From positions 1,346,172 to 1,410,171 of the forward strand of contig OZ241845.1 in NCBI GenBank assembly GCA_965202725.1: a DNA stretch of 64,000 bases, in the 5' to 3' direction. This document shows positions 49,208 to 60,364 of the stretch, piece by piece (within the stretch, counting starts at the first letter, position 1; every line of letters starts with the position of its first letter). Source of the DNA: Candidatus Poribacteria bacterium. GTDB lineage: Bacteria > Poribacteria > WGA-4E > WGA-3G. The translations under genes were made by a program, and so were the position numbers. The notes beneath the pieces were generated by a model, which did no database searches, was not told where the DNA came from, and was given only the letters and a program-made list of their open reading frames with translations.

Positions 49208-51082
49208 TCAATTAGACAGAGAAGTGCCCCGGGCAGAAGATCTGGCCCGCGATGTTGGGATGCCCAATTCGTCGCGGTATTTCTGGATAGTCCGCCTCGC
49301 GATTCGAATCCCCTTCGCTTTCAAAGTATTACTGATTGCCTGATCGCTGAGCGGTTTCGCAGGGGATTCTTCAAGAATCATTTCTTGAATCAGACTTTTC
49401 ACCTGTTTGGCAGAAACACCTTCGCCTTGGGTCGTTGGTAATTCATTACTGAAGAAAAATCGCAACGGATACATACCGTGTGGGGTTTGCACATACTTAT
49501 TGCTCGTTACCCGACTGACTGTTGACTCATGGACACCAAGTTTTTCAGCGATTGTTCTCAACGTTAGAGGTTTAATACCTTTAACGCCTTGTGTTAGGAA
49601 TTCGGTTTGTATCTCAAAGATAGCTTCGGTGACTCGAGCGATTGTGCTGCCGCGTTGAACAAGGCTGCCGAGCAAATTTGCTGCATCACGATACCGTTTT
49701 TCTATCCATTCCTTCGCCTCAGCATCTAAGGTCTTTGGGTGATTTTGCAGGAGATTCAGATAGTAAGAATTTATCTGTAGTCTTGGCACGTAATTATCCA
49801 CGGAGACAACCTGATATTTTTCATCAAGGTATTGTATTTCTACATCAGGTGTAACGGTTTCGCTGAGAGGGCCTTTTTTCAACGTGCGCGTCGCTGGATC
49901 CGCGAAGTAACGACCTGGGTAGGGAGATAAGGTTTGTATCCATTGTGCAGCTTCGTCAATCTTGGTGATGTCTACTTTCAGTGCCTCAGCAATATCGGCC
50001 CATCGCTGATGAAGAAAAGCGTCAAATTGTTTTTCAACGATCTCTTGGGCAAGATGGTAGGGGGGGCTATCTTGCTGCAAAAAATTTGGCACATCTTCCG
50101 GATACGCTGACGGGAGAAACACGCCATTCTCTTGTGCATTTCGGTGCCCACCGCCTTGAAGGTTACGAATCTGGATAAGCAGTGCTTCCCTCACATCCCG
50201 ATAGGCAATGCCGAGTGGTTCAAAGGTATCTTGTATCTTACGAAGGACAACCTCAACCAATGCTCTATCACAGCCAACCTCCTCAGCGATATCATCTAAA
50301 GTTAATTGATAGAAGTTTAAAACAAGTTTCTTGTCACAAGGAAGTTGTTCGTATAGAATCGTATATGTTTTCTGGTTGTCGTGATCAGTGATTTTCCACG
50401 CCCGCTTGATAGGGGCCCCACTATTCTCGGCGGAAAGACCTGTGATCTTTTTTCGTGCAATTGTAGCAGTTCTCGAGAATTGGAAATCACTATTACGGGT
50501 TGCCTTTTGTAAGTTTTTCTCAATAACACTATGGAGTTCCGCTGAGAGGTCTGCGTTATCAAGTTCCGCTACGAATTCGCACGGCAGTTGAAAGAGTTTA
50601 AGCTCCAACTGACCATCATCATTTAAATTTCCGAGAATATATTCACCAATAGTCCGTTCTGTTTCGGAGGCTATAATTTGGGGGTAGGCAAGTTGAAGTT
50701 GTTCAGCCAGATGTTCTTGCAACAAACGTTCATCTGGTACATCCAGTGAAAGTTCGTCAGTGTCCGAGTATCTGGAACTTGACCGTTCACTGGGTGAGAC
50801 CCGATCCTCAAGGATAGCCTCCCAATCAATATCGACCTCAGTATCTTCTTGATCAATATTTTTTTCTGTTTCATTCCATTCAAGCGCGGGATCTATCTCT
50901 TCGAGGGGCGGCTCCGTCTCCTCTTCGCGCTCTAAAAGAGGATTCTGTTCTAATTCTTGTTCGATGAACTCCTTCAGCTCCTGCAGAGACATATTGAGTA
51001 CTTTGAGCGCCTGTTGCAGCCTCGGTGTAATAAACATCTTTTGTGTCAACTGCGGAGTCAAGGTAAGTTGCGCTTTGTACAT
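49208..51082 (-). CDS. rpoN: RNA polymerase sigma-54 factor with internal insertions
   Basis: LQQALKVL, HESTVSR..SNKY and the RpoN box ARRTIQKYR. Confidence 0.95.
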   Translation of the reverse strand: MYKAQLTLTPQLTQKMFITPRLQQALKVLNMSLQELKEFIEQELEQNPLLEREEETEPPLEEIDPALEWNETEKNIDQEDTEVDIDWEAILEDRVSPSERSSSRYSDTDELSLDVPDERLLQEHLAEQLQLAYPQIIASETERTIGEYILGNLNDDGQLELKLFQLPCEFVAELDNADLSAELHSVIEKNLQKATRNSDFQFSRTATIARKKITGLSAENSGAPIKRAWKITDHDNQKTYTILYEQLPCDKKLVLNFYQLTLDDIAEEVGCDRALVEVVLRKIQDTFEPLGIAYRDVREALLIQIRNLQGGGHRNAQENGVFLPSAYPEDVPNFLQQDSPPYHLAQEIVEKQFDAFLHQRWADIAEALKVDITKIDEAAQWIQTLSPYPGRYFADPATRTLKKGPLSETVTPDVEIQYLDEKYQVVSVDNYVPRLQINSYYLNLLQNHPKTLDAEAKEWIEKRYRDAANLLGSLVQRGSTIARVTEAIFEIQTEFLTQGVKGIKPLTLRTIAEKLGVHESTVSRVTSNKYVQTPHGMYPLRFFFSNELPTTQGEGVSAKQVKSLIQEMILEESPAKPLSDQAISNTLKAKGIRIARRTIQKYRDELGIPTSRARSSARGTSLSN

Positions 51083-51119
51083 CTTTTGCCTCTACTGAAT
51101 ATGCGTGTTGTATTCAAGA

Positions 51120-51884
51120 TTAATTCCGGGCGGACACCCGAGTTTTTGGTACCTGATAGGTAAAGCTGTGCCCAAAATAGAGATCTCTCGCGGTTTCATT
51201 ATTGATAAGTTCTTCCGGGGTACCAGCAAGTGTTATTTGTCCATCAACAATGATATATGCCCTGTCAACGATGTCGAGCGTTTCGGCCGCATTATGGTCT
51301 GTAATAAGCACCCCAAGATTTCGATCGCGTAAATGTGAGATGAGCTGTTTAATATCAGCGACGGCGATTGGATCTATCCCAGAGAGCGGCTCATCAAGTA
51401 GAATGAAATCTGGTTGTGCGGCAAGGGCTCGGGCTATTTCTGCACGACGACACTCACCGCCTGAGAGCGTATACGCCTTGCGCAGTAAGAGGTTTGAAAT
51501 TCCCAGCTCATCCGTCAACTCACGGATACAGGGTTCACGCTCAGATTTTGGTACCCCTTGGGCTTCAAGAATCGCCTCAATATTCTGTTGCACTGTCAAT
51601 TTCCGGAAAATTGAGGTCTCCTGTGCAAGATAGCCAATGCCGAGCCGTGCACGTTTGTACATCGGATAGAAGGTAATATCTTCATTGGCGTAGGTAATTC
51701 TGCCTGCATTGGGACGAATCAGCCCCACAACCATGTAGAAGGTCGTCGATTTCCCCGCGCCGTTCGGACCTAAGAGCCCTACGATTTCACCCTGCCCTAG
51801 CGACAGACTTACCTCATTGACAACGATAGGCCCACGGCGTGTATAACGTTTCACGAGTCTGTGTGCTTGAAGTTCTATTGCCAT
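51120..51884 (-). CDS. lptB: LPS export ABC transporter ATP-binding protein
   Basis: GLLGPNGAGKSTTFYM, LSGGECRRAEIAR, LITDHN; lies upstream of rpoN. Confidence 0.93.
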   Translation of the reverse strand: MAIELQAHRLVKRYTRRGPIVVNEVSLSLGQGEIVGLLGPNGAGKSTTFYMVVGLIRPNAGRITYANEDITFYPMYKRARLGIGYLAQETSIFRKLTVQQNIEAILEAQGVPKSEREPCIRELTDELGISNLLLRKAYTLSGGECRRAEIARALAAQPDFILLDEPLSGIDPIAVADIKQLISHLRDRNLGVLITDHNAAETLDIVDRAYIIVDGQITLAGTPEELINNETARDLYFGHSFTYQVPKTRVSARN

Positions 51885-51943
51885 GATTTCTAATTTATGG
51901 TATGTCACTACGATTGACACACTTGGTCAATCTGATATTCGGC

Positions 51944-52891
51944 TTAATGGTTCTCAGGCGCTTCAGTTTCAGGGTTCGCATCTGCGTCATCAAGCGCCTC
52001 GGTGTCTGTATCAGTTCCGTCCTCGGAATTCGTACCTTCAGCGTTTTGAGTATCGACACCATGTGCTTCTTCCGTGGTATCATCTGTATCAGAAGTCTCA
52101 GTCTTTGCGTCGGTTTGGTCAGGTTGGTCAGGCGTATCCGTGGAGGCACCTTCCACATCTGTACTCTCGCCGCCGTCAGTGTCCTCACCTGCCTCCCTCG
52201 GTGCTGCTTGCGTAACGGTGACTTTAAATTTGACACCGCCCTCACCCGTCTGCTTTCCGGTCGACCTATTAAAAGTGAAGATCTTAGTTTCGAGCCGATC
52301 CTTGTTTTGTAAGACAACCACATTATCTGTAAGCACTATAGTATTCGTCAGATTGTTCATGACAGCACGGTCACAAGTAGCAAAGATATCTTGATCTCGG
52401 ATTTCTACATTGCCCTCAGCAATAATTTCTGTTGTTGTCCGAGTTTTTGGATCGGTTTTGAGCGTGATTTTATCGGCATTGAGAAACCCAATTTCAACAC
52501 CCTGTTTGTCATACCGGACAGTCTTGGCTTCGTCGATAAGAATCGTTATGCCCTCCTTCTCGAACCTTTCCATTCTTTTTGAAGTACCGGTAATGGTTTC
52601 TGTAGTCGGTTCAGTAGTGCTGCTGTCAATATCGGCACTCGCTCCATTTGCATTTCCAGTCCCTTTTGCCTCCTGCGCACTGTTTTCTGTGGCTGATGCG
52701 ACACTATTAGAGCTCGGAGTGGAGGTATCTATTTCTGTCTCCTCTGCATTGAGGACTAAAGGAACAATACATACAAAGAGTAAGAGTAAGCCGGCATAAA
52801 CACAAAAAATACACAATTTGTCAAGGTGAACTGGGCATCTATGTCTATTGCGGCACAACTGGGGTTTTGTGATATTCATCAGTTTTCTCAT
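51944..52891 (-). CDS. lptA: LptA/OstA-like LPS transport protein with an acidic tail
   Basis: IIAEGNVEI...LTDNVVVLQ; synteny between lptC and lptB. Confidence 0.7.
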   Translation of the reverse strand: MRKLMNITKPQLCRNRHRCPVHLDKLCIFCVYAGLLLLFVCIVPLVLNAEETEIDTSTPSSNSVASATENSAQEAKGTGNANGASADIDSSTTEPTTETITGTSKRMERFEKEGITILIDEAKTVRYDKQGVEIGFLNADKITLKTDPKTRTTTEIIAEGNVEIRDQDIFATCDRAVMNNLTNTIVLTDNVVVLQNKDRLETKIFTFNRSTGKQTGEGGVKFKVTVTQAAPREAGEDTDGGESTDVEGASTDTPDQPDQTDAKTETSDTDDTTEEAHGVDTQNAEGTNSEDGTDTDTEALDDADANPETEAPENH

Positions 52892-53519
52892 CTTTTGGAT
52901 AAAGTTTAAATTGATTGTTTTTCATTTTTACCGTTTCAAGCGTCGGATTCGCATACATTTCCGTTCCGACCCAGGTGGAATCTCCACGTACAAGCGTCAC
53001 TTCGTCTGGGGCATACAAGCGACCTGCCCGGTTCTGCCAATGGAGAATCTCGCTATATAAAGTACAATCTTCACTGACACCTACGACTTCTCCTGAAAGA
53101 TGCAGATTATCTTTTTCACTTCCGGTCAGAAACTGCTTACCCTTCTTACTATTCAAAGTGAGAGAAATAACCCCGGCTTCAAAAATCTCAATTGTCGGAT
53201 TTTCGACCTCAATATAACTTCCGTGGAATGTTGAGGTATCCCCGACAAGCGTCCATTTAAGGACACCTGCTTCCGTGTGCTGTGTAGCGAACCGTTCGAG
53301 CTTCTGGGTCGGAATTGCCGCTACAGATTCATCAGTAGCAACGCTTGGGGTTTCTGCGCTTCTACAACAGGTCACGCAAATGAGAAAACAAAGTCCCAAA
53401 CACGTGATAAGGTAACTAAGGTCGCGTTTTCCACCGTTGATGCATCCAAATCCACTGCGCCGGGTATTGTCGAATGTAGGATTCGATAATTTTTGTGAAT
53501 TTTTGTGTATTAATAACAA
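52845..53519 (-). CDS. lptC: LPS export protein LptC-like
   Basis: N-terminal anchor, LYSEILHW and synteny. The true start is probably downstream of 53519. Confidence 0.7.
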   Translation of the reverse strand: MLLIHKNSQKLSNPTFDNTRRSGFGCINGGKRDLSYLITCLGLCFLICVTCCRSAETPSVATDESVAAIPTQKLERFATQHTEAGVLKWTLVGDTSTFHGSYIEVENPTIEIFEAGVISLTLNSKKGKQFLTGSEKDNLHLSGEVVGVSEDCTLYSEILHWQNRAGRLYAPDEVTLVRGDSTWVGTEMYANPTLETVKMKNNQFKLYPKDEKTDEYHKTPVVPQ

Positions 53520-54288
53520 GATCTTTCTCTTTTACATCTGTCCGCTGTAACGCCAAGGGCGGTTCAATAATCGCGCGGTGCGAACCATCGGGTTGACGAA
53601 CAATAAATGCTGGGAGTACGGCCGCGCCTGTTTTAAGGGCAATAGCGACAGGGCTATACGGTGTATAGGCAGGCCTGCCGAAAAAATCGACGAAAACCCC
53701 ACTTACACTTGTGTCCACATCGGCGACAATACCAAGCAGTTCATTACGTCTGAGGCATTGAAGCGCCTGGCGAATGCCTGTATCTCGATCAATTGTCCTA
53801 TAGCCTGCTCGCGATCGGTAACTTGAAACCAAGGCATTTAAACGGGGGGAACGCAATTCGCGAACAATAGGGGTCAGTGGGGCAATTGTAGCAGAAATGC
53901 CCGCTGCAAGCAGCTCCCAATTCCCGAAATGACCTGTTAGAATAATGGCACCTTTTCCTTGCGCGAGTGCTTGTTTGACATACTCGGTGCCTTCAAAACT
54001 AACAGATTGCTGAATTCGCTTTGAATTCATACGTGGAAATTGCATAAATTCAAAGATATTCTTGCCTAAATTTTCAAAGCACTGCTTGGCTATTAACCGA
54101 ATCTGGGGTTCATCCATCCAGTCCAAGCTGCACCGCAAATGTTCACACGCTAATTCTCTTTGCTGGGAAGCAAGCCGGAATATGAGCCCCCCTAACTGAC
54201 TTCCGATAGTTAATGTCACCGAACGTGGCAGCCGAGATACGAAAAATCCAATCAATTTGGAGGTAAACTCGTAACACCAATCTTTCAT
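53416..54288 (-). CDS. Lipid A late acyltransferase (LpxL/HtrB family)
   Basis: TGHFGNWE, VFVDFFG, YPAQWIWMHQRWK. Confidence 0.9.
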   Translation of the reverse strand: MKDWCYEFTSKLIGFFVSRLPRSVTLTIGSQLGGLIFRLASQQRELACEHLRCSLDWMDEPQIRLIAKQCFENLGKNIFEFMQFPRMNSKRIQQSVSFEGTEYVKQALAQGKGAIILTGHFGNWELLAAGISATIAPLTPIVRELRSPRLNALVSSYRSRAGYRTIDRDTGIRQALQCLRRNELLGIVADVDTSVSGVFVDFFGRPAYTPYSPVAIALKTGAAVLPAFIVRQPDGSHRAIIEPPLALQRTDVKEKDLVINTQKFTKIIESYIRQYPAQWIWMHQRWKTRP

Positions 54289-54587
54289 TGCTAATTATAG
54301 TATACTAAATTTTTACCAAAATTACAAAGAAATTCGTAAAGCATAGGTAGACCTCACAACACAGAAGGGAATTTTTCTGCCTTTTAGAACTCAGGTACCC
54401 TATTTTGAAGTGCCCCCGCTGCTTTCATTTTATTTTTTATTTTTAGTTATGAAGCGTCTGGATTCTCTTCAAAAAAATAGGTAAACTTCAGAAACCCAGC
54501 TGAAGTTAAAGGGCTCACATAAAAATAGAGCTTGATTTTCAGCACGATTTCCGGTAAACTTTAAAACAGCCCAGAACGGAAACCTCT

Positions 54588-55901
54588 ATGCACACCTCTG
54601 AAAACGTCAATAAGCAGATTGTTAATCTCACGATCCCGAACATTATTAGCAATTTCTCTATCCCTCTTTTAGGTGCCGTGGATACTGCTTTGATGGGACG
54701 GTTAGAGTCCCAACACTATCTTGGTGCGGTCGGCATCGGCGGTATGATTTTCAGCTTTATCTATTGGGGGTTCGGCTTCCTTCGAATGGCGACCACAGGA
54801 CTCACAGCACAAGCTTTCGGAGAAAAGGACATACCAGAATGCGGATGTTTACTTTTCAGAGCAACCTGCCTTGGGATTACGTCAAGCATGTTACTACTAA
54901 TCTTCCAATGGCCCCTGATCGATCTCAGTTTCCTGCTCATTGATGCGAGCCCTGATGTAGAACACCTTGCTCGTGTTTACTTCTATATCCGTATCTATGC
55001 AGCCCCTGCGACCTTATGCCTCCATGCATTCCACGGGGTCTTCTTAGGCTTACAGAACGCGCATTATCCAATGCTGTTGACTATTGTGGTAAACCTCGTC
55101 AATATCATCCTGAACATCGTATTTGTCAAGAGCCTCGGTATGAAGGTGGCAGGCGTAGCGTTAGCGACCGCTATTGCACAGTATCTAGGACTCCTTCTGG
55201 CGATTCTGCTTTTTTGGGGAAGGTATCGAAACCTTCTGACAACTTGGGATATCCGAGAAATTTTGGCATTTTCTAAACTTAAACGATTTCTGAGCATTAG
55301 CAGTGACATTTTTATCCGAACATTCTGTTTAGTATCCTGCCACGCTTATTTTACGGCGAAATCCGCTGCGCTGAGTGACACCCTCTTGGCAATTAACACC
55401 ATTCTACTACAATATATTAGCCTAATGTCCTATGCGATTGACGGGTTCGCCTTTGCAGCAGAAAGCATCATTGGCAAATACAAAGGGGCACAGGATATGC
55501 AAAATCTCAAACGGACGACGCGTCAAATTTTCCTCTGGGCGTTTTTGTTCGGCGGCGTGATTACGTTAACTTTCGTGGTTTTTGGAGAACAGATGCTGCA
55601 CCTATTTACAAATCAGACACCTCTTATTGACGGCGCGAAACCTTATCTTATCTGGATAATCATCGCACCAGTTGTCAATGTTGCTGCCTATATTTGGGAC
55701 GGTATTTTTCTGGGGGCAACTGCCTCTAAAGCCCTGCGAGATTCTGTGATTGTGTCAACACTGATTTACTTAAGTAGCGTCTATCTGTTGATGCCTTATG
55801 GTAATCATGGTTTATGGACTGCCCTAACGATACTTCTGGTTGCTCGCGGTGTGTCCCTGACGATGCTTGCCCCGAAATACTTGTTCAACGGGGATTTGTA
55901 G
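54588..55901 (+). CDS. MATE efflux transporter (DinF-like)
   Basis: PLLGAVDTA, GFLRMATTGLTAQ, DGFAFAAE. Confidence 0.9.
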   Translation: MHTSENVNKQIVNLTIPNIISNFSIPLLGAVDTALMGRLESQHYLGAVGIGGMIFSFIYWGFGFLRMATTGLTAQAFGEKDIPECGCLLFRATCLGITSSMLLLIFQWPLIDLSFLLIDASPDVEHLARVYFYIRIYAAPATLCLHAFHGVFLGLQNAHYPMLLTIVVNLVNIILNIVFVKSLGMKVAGVALATAIAQYLGLLLAILLFWGRYRNLLTTWDIREILAFSKLKRFLSISSDIFIRTFCLVSCHAYFTAKSAALSDTLLAINTILLQYISLMSYAIDGFAFAAESIIGKYKGAQDMQNLKRTTRQIFLWAFLFGGVITLTFVVFGEQMLHLFTNQTPLIDGAKPYLIWIIIAPVVNVAAYIWDGIFLGATASKALRDSVIVSTLIYLSSVYLLMPYGNHGLWTALTILLVARGVSLTMLAPKYLFNGDL

Positions 55902-56119
55902 CATAACCTATTAGGTTGTACCCGCTTTGTCGCATAGGTTGTTGGTTTCCTGGGCATCCACCTTGGGCTTCTCACTAAACTTGTATGGAATCAAACCCTA
56001 ACTAACAACCATTAACCAATAACGAATAAAAAAGTTGAAAACACTTTGTTTTTTGTGCTAAACTGGGGAAAATAGTATACACATTATGTATCTGTTAAAT
56101 TTAAGGAGAAAAACACACA

Positions 56120-56971
56120 ATGCCAAAGTTTGGTGTAAATTTATTGCTCTGGGCAGATAAGTTTGATAGAGAAACCGTCGACCTCATTCCCAAAGTCGCG
56201 GAGATGGGGTTCGAGGGAGTTGAAATCCCAATCTTCGATCCGGATACGGTAGATATTCCACACACACAAGCAGCACTCAACGCAACGGGTTTGGAACCCA
56301 TCGGTTGTAATATCATGGGCCCCGACAGGAATCCGATTGATGAAGATCCTGCTATTCGTGAAACGGGAAAGGTGTACCTCAAACGCGCCATTGAGATTAT
56401 TGCTGAGTTGGGCGGAGATACGTTCGTCGGGCCCATGTATAGTGCAGTCGGTAAACTCGTTGGTAGAGGTAGAAATCAACAAGAGTGGGATTGGTGTGTT
56501 GAAGGATTACAAGAGATCGCTGAGTTCGCAGGACAGCACGGGGTTACACTCGCCAGCGAACCGCTCAACCGATTTGAAACCTACTTCGTCAACATTGCCG
56601 AAGATGCTGTCAAACTTGCAGAAGCCGTGGATAGCCCATATTTCAAGGTTCACCTTGATACATTCCACATGAACATTGAAGAAAAAAACCAGGCGGATGC
56701 CATTATTGCAACCGGCGATTTCTTGCATCACGTTCACTGTTGTGAGAATGACCGCGGCACTCCAGGCACAGGACCTGTGGATTGGGACGGAGTGTTTGGT
56801 GCACTCGCCACAGTGAACTATGACAGATGGCTTGTGATTGAATCGTTTACGCCAGCAGTCAAAGAAATTGCTGCTGCGACGTGTATTTGGCGCGACATCG
56901 CACCCAGTGCCGAGAACCTTGCTATCGACGGACTCGCGTTTCTCAAAGAGAAAGCAGCGCAATATCTATAG
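56120..56971 (+). CDS. Sugar phosphate isomerase/epimerase (D-tagatose 3-epimerase family)
   Basis: EPLNRFET, LDTFHMNIEE, ENDRGTPG. Confidence 0.9.
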   Translation: MPKFGVNLLLWADKFDRETVDLIPKVAEMGFEGVEIPIFDPDTVDIPHTQAALNATGLEPIGCNIMGPDRNPIDEDPAIRETGKVYLKRAIEIIAELGGDTFVGPMYSAVGKLVGRGRNQQEWDWCVEGLQEIAEFAGQHGVTLASEPLNRFETYFVNIAEDAVKLAEAVDSPYFKVHLDTFHMNIEEKNQADAIIATGDFLHHVHCCENDRGTPGTGPVDWDGVFGALATVNYDRWLVIESFTPAVKEIAAATCIWRDIAPSAENLAIDGLAFLKEKAAQYL

Positions 56972-57045
56972 CACCTATCTATTTGTAGTCTCGAGATTCA
57001 TCACACCTTACATAGACGGCTATAGCGAAAATCGGAGGGCTTGAA

Positions 57046-60012
57046 ATGCGTCGCATCAAATCAACCGGATTGCTCTGTGCGATGGTCTTTGTCGTAGCCT
57101 TAACAGGCGATGTCGTGGCACAGCACACTGCCACAAATGAAATAGAGACCCATGCTGCTATGGAACCACAATTCCTCAGCAATATTCGACAACTCACTTA
57201 TGATGGAAAGCGTGCTGGAGAGGGTTATTTCTCCGAAGACGGTAACGCCCTCATCTTCCAAAGCGAACGGGAACCAGATAACCCGTTTTACCAGATCTAT
57301 TTTTTAGACCTACTGACCGGTGATACACATCGCGTCTCTCTCGGTATAGGTAAGACGACCTGTGCCTTTTTCCGCCCGGGGACTGATGAAGTGCTTTACG
57401 CTTCAACACATCACGACCCTTTCGCGAAGGCTAAACAGGAAGAGGAACTAAAATTCCGGACATCCGGAAAAGAACGCCGCTACAGTTGGGATTACGATGA
57501 AGCGATGGACATTTTCTCTGCAAATAGAGACGGCAGTAACCTCAAACAGTTAACAGACGCGTTCGGGTACGACGCTGAAGCATCATATTCGCCCGATGGT
57601 CAACGTATCGTCTTCTGTTCACTTCGCGACGCATATCCGAAAAGCCAACTCTCGCCTAAAGCGTTAAAGCAACTGGAAGTTGATCCCGCCTATTTTGGCG
57701 AAATTTATATTATGAATGCCGATGGGTCAAACCAGGTCCGCCTAACAGACGCACCGGGATACGACGGTGGGCCCTTCTTTACACCTGATGGGAAACATAT
57801 CGTCTGGCGGCACTTCACACCTGATGGAAGCCAAGCAGATATCTATACAATGCGGATAGATGGCTCAAATGTCCAACGAGTGACGGATTTCGACAGTATG
57901 TCGTGGGCTCCTTACTTCCATCCAAGCGGTGCCTACGTTATTTTCGCATCTAACAAACTTGGATTTTCTAATTTTGAGTTATATATCGTTGATGCGAGAG
58001 GCAGACATCAACCGGTTCGGGTTACCACAACTGATGGATTTGACGGGCTTCCGGTCTTCTCACCAGATGGGAACCGCCTGTGTTGGACCTCTAACCGAAA
58101 CAGTCAGGAAGCCTCGCAGCTCTATCTTGCAGAATGGAATCACGAAGCTGCACTTGAGGCAATTACGTCAGCACCGAGAAGCCAAAAGGCATCCCTGCAT
58201 CCCATAGGAGGGGTCTCCGATTCGGAACCTCCAAATAAAACAAAAAAGAGCATCCGAGAGCACATCGAATTTCTTGCCGATGATGCCTTGGCAGGCAGAA
58301 TGACAGGTTCAGAGGGTGCACAGCGCGCTGCGGAACATATCGCAGCGCAATTCGCACAACTTAACCTCAAACCTATTGGAAATGAACAGAGTTATTTTCA
58401 AGCCTTTGAGTTCACAGCGGGTAGACGGATTATGTCGGAAGAGAACAAGTTTCATATCACACGCCAGATGCACGGTTCCGAACAGGTGCTGGAATTCGGC
58501 GTAGAACAGGATTTTCAGCCGCTTTCTTTTTCTCGTAACGGTGTTGTTGAAGGTGAAGTGGTCTTTGTGGGGTATGGATTAACCGTCCCCGGCGAGCTAG
58601 ATGAAGGGTATGATGCTTATGCTGGTTTGGATGTACAAGACAAAATCGTTGTTGCCTTTCGTTATGCACCTGAATCGGTTAGACCAGAGCGCAGACAACA
58701 ATTGAACCGATATGCAGGGCTCCGCTATAAAGCGATGCAGGCGCGGGAGCACGGGGCGAAAGCGTTTCTCGTCGTCGCCGGTCCAAATTCTCCAAACGCG
58801 GGTAAATTGATTCCGCTCGATTTCGATAGTAGCCTTGCAGATTCCGGCATTGTTGCGGCATCAATAAACGATACCATCGCAAACACACTCTTTGCACTAT
58901 CTGGTAAAGACTTAAAAGAAATTCAGTCCGGGCTTGATGTGGAAAACCCACATTTCGTTGGGCAGTTTCCGTTACCCGATGTGAAAGTGAAAATCGCTGT
59001 TTCGGTTGAAAAAGTAAAGAAGACGGATCAGAACGTGGTCGCACTTCTCCCACCATCAGCATCAACAGATGACATCGAGTACGTTATTGTCGGAGCCCAC
59101 TATGACCATATCGGGCACGGTGAAATCGGTTCCCTTGCACGGAAAGGCGAGGAAGGACAAATTCACAACGGCGCGGATGACAACGCTTCCGGCACAGCTG
59201 TTGTATTAGAATTGGCAACAACACTCAGCACAGCTTACCGAGAACATCCGGATACATTCAACAGGGGGATTATCTTCGCGCTCTGGTCGGGAGAGGAACT
59301 TGGACTTATTGGCTCTACTCACTTTGCCAACCAGCCAATGGTCCCTTTAGAAAAAGTAGCGGCGTATCTCAACTTTGATATGGTCGGACGGCTCCGTGAC
59401 AATAAACTTATCTTGCAAGGGGTAGGTTCATCTCCGGTGTGGACGAAACTGATTGAAAAACGTAATATTCCGATCGGCTTTAACCTGACGTTACAAGCCG
59501 ATCCGTATCTGCCGACAGATGTAACCGCTTTTTATCCGAAAAAGGTACCGGTACTCAGTTTCTTCACGGGCGGGCACGAGGACTATAACCGCCCAACCGA
59601 TGATATAGAAACCCTTAATTATGACGGGCTTGAACGGATCTCCAAACTGGCATACGGCATCATTTCAGATTTAATCAGTGCCCCTGAACGTCCTGAATAC
59701 GTTCGAGTTGAGCGGAGCCAATCGAAAGAAGGAAATCGCGATACGCTACGGGCGTATCTGGGTACGATCCCTGATTACACAACCGAAGGCGTTGGTGTCA
59801 AACTCTCCGGTGTCCGTGCAAGAGGGCCCGCCGATAAAGCCGGTCTAAAGGGTGGGGACATCATCGTCGAATTTGGTGAACAGCAAATTGCTAATATCTA
59901 TGACTATACCTACGCGCTTGATGCGGTGAAAATTGGTATCCCTATTGAAGTTGTTGTTCTACGAGAGGGAAAACGGATAAAGCTGACTGTTATACCCGAA
60001 GCGCGGAATTAA
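57046..60012 (+). CDS. M28 peptidase with TolB-like propeller, PA and PDZ domains
   Basis: PD40 repeats, GAHYDH, GADDNASG, SGEELG and a C-terminal PDZ. Confidence 0.9.
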   Translation: MRRIKSTGLLCAMVFVVALTGDVVAQHTATNEIETHAAMEPQFLSNIRQLTYDGKRAGEGYFSEDGNALIFQSEREPDNPFYQIYFLDLLTGDTHRVSLGIGKTTCAFFRPGTDEVLYASTHHDPFAKAKQEEELKFRTSGKERRYSWDYDEAMDIFSANRDGSNLKQLTDAFGYDAEASYSPDGQRIVFCSLRDAYPKSQLSPKALKQLEVDPAYFGEIYIMNADGSNQVRLTDAPGYDGGPFFTPDGKHIVWRHFTPDGSQADIYTMRIDGSNVQRVTDFDSMSWAPYFHPSGAYVIFASNKLGFSNFELYIVDARGRHQPVRVTTTDGFDGLPVFSPDGNRLCWTSNRNSQEASQLYLAEWNHEAALEAITSAPRSQKASLHPIGGVSDSEPPNKTKKSIREHIEFLADDALAGRMTGSEGAQRAAEHIAAQFAQLNLKPIGNEQSYFQAFEFTAGRRIMSEENKFHITRQMHGSEQVLEFGVEQDFQPLSFSRNGVVEGEVVFVGYGLTVPGELDEGYDAYAGLDVQDKIVVAFRYAPESVRPERRQQLNRYAGLRYKAMQAREHGAKAFLVVAGPNSPNAGKLIPLDFDSSLADSGIVAASINDTIANTLFALSGKDLKEIQSGLDVENPHFVGQFPLPDVKVKIAVSVEKVKKTDQNVVALLPPSASTDDIEYVIVGAHYDHIGHGEIGSLARKGEEGQIHNGADDNASGTAVVLELATTLSTAYREHPDTFNRGIIFALWSGEELGLIGSTHFANQPMVPLEKVAAYLNFDMVGRLRDNKLILQGVGSSPVWTKLIEKRNIPIGFNLTLQADPYLPTDVTAFYPKKVPVLSFFTGGHEDYNRPTDDIETLNYDGLERISKLAYGIISDLISAPERPEYVRVERSQSKEGNRDTLRAYLGTIPDYTTEGVGVKLSGVRARGPADKAGLKGGDIIVEFGEQQIANIYDYTYALDAVKIGIPIEVVVLREGKRIKLTVIPEARN

Positions 60013-60266
60013 TTTCTCTGAAACATGTTCAACAATTCTGTTTTGTTATTCTCTCTATAGGTGCCGGTTTCGCAGCAATCGACAAAGTTGTCAACGTTTT
60101 TCTCAGATCGTGACCGAAACGGATAACCCTTACCACAGCGGGACCGCTGCATCCGAAAACGACACAATCACCATTCTCTGTCAGCCGAAGAGTTACTGCC
60201 GCCGCGTCCCTCTGTTTGTCCTGCCAACCCCACCCGTAAACACAAAAATGAGATCAGCGAAAAAAA

Positions 60267-60293
60267 CTAAACTTTTTTATTTTAATCGCATAT
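60267..60293 (+). promoter_or_regulatory. Candidate alternative-sigma promoter CTAAA-N16-GCATAT upstream of the sigma gene
   Basis: Same motif, spacing and upstream A-tract recur at 61022-61048. Confidence 0.55.
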
Positions 60294-60364
60294 ACTAGTT
60301 AAGTACCGGTATTTGTTGCAAATCGTTTCCTTGTATTGATCTACCCTTGCAAAGGAGATCTATT

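Noticed and set aside
50305-50600. Intein in RpoN
   Set aside because: No N-terminal Cys/Ser block and no His-Asn plus nucleophile junction.
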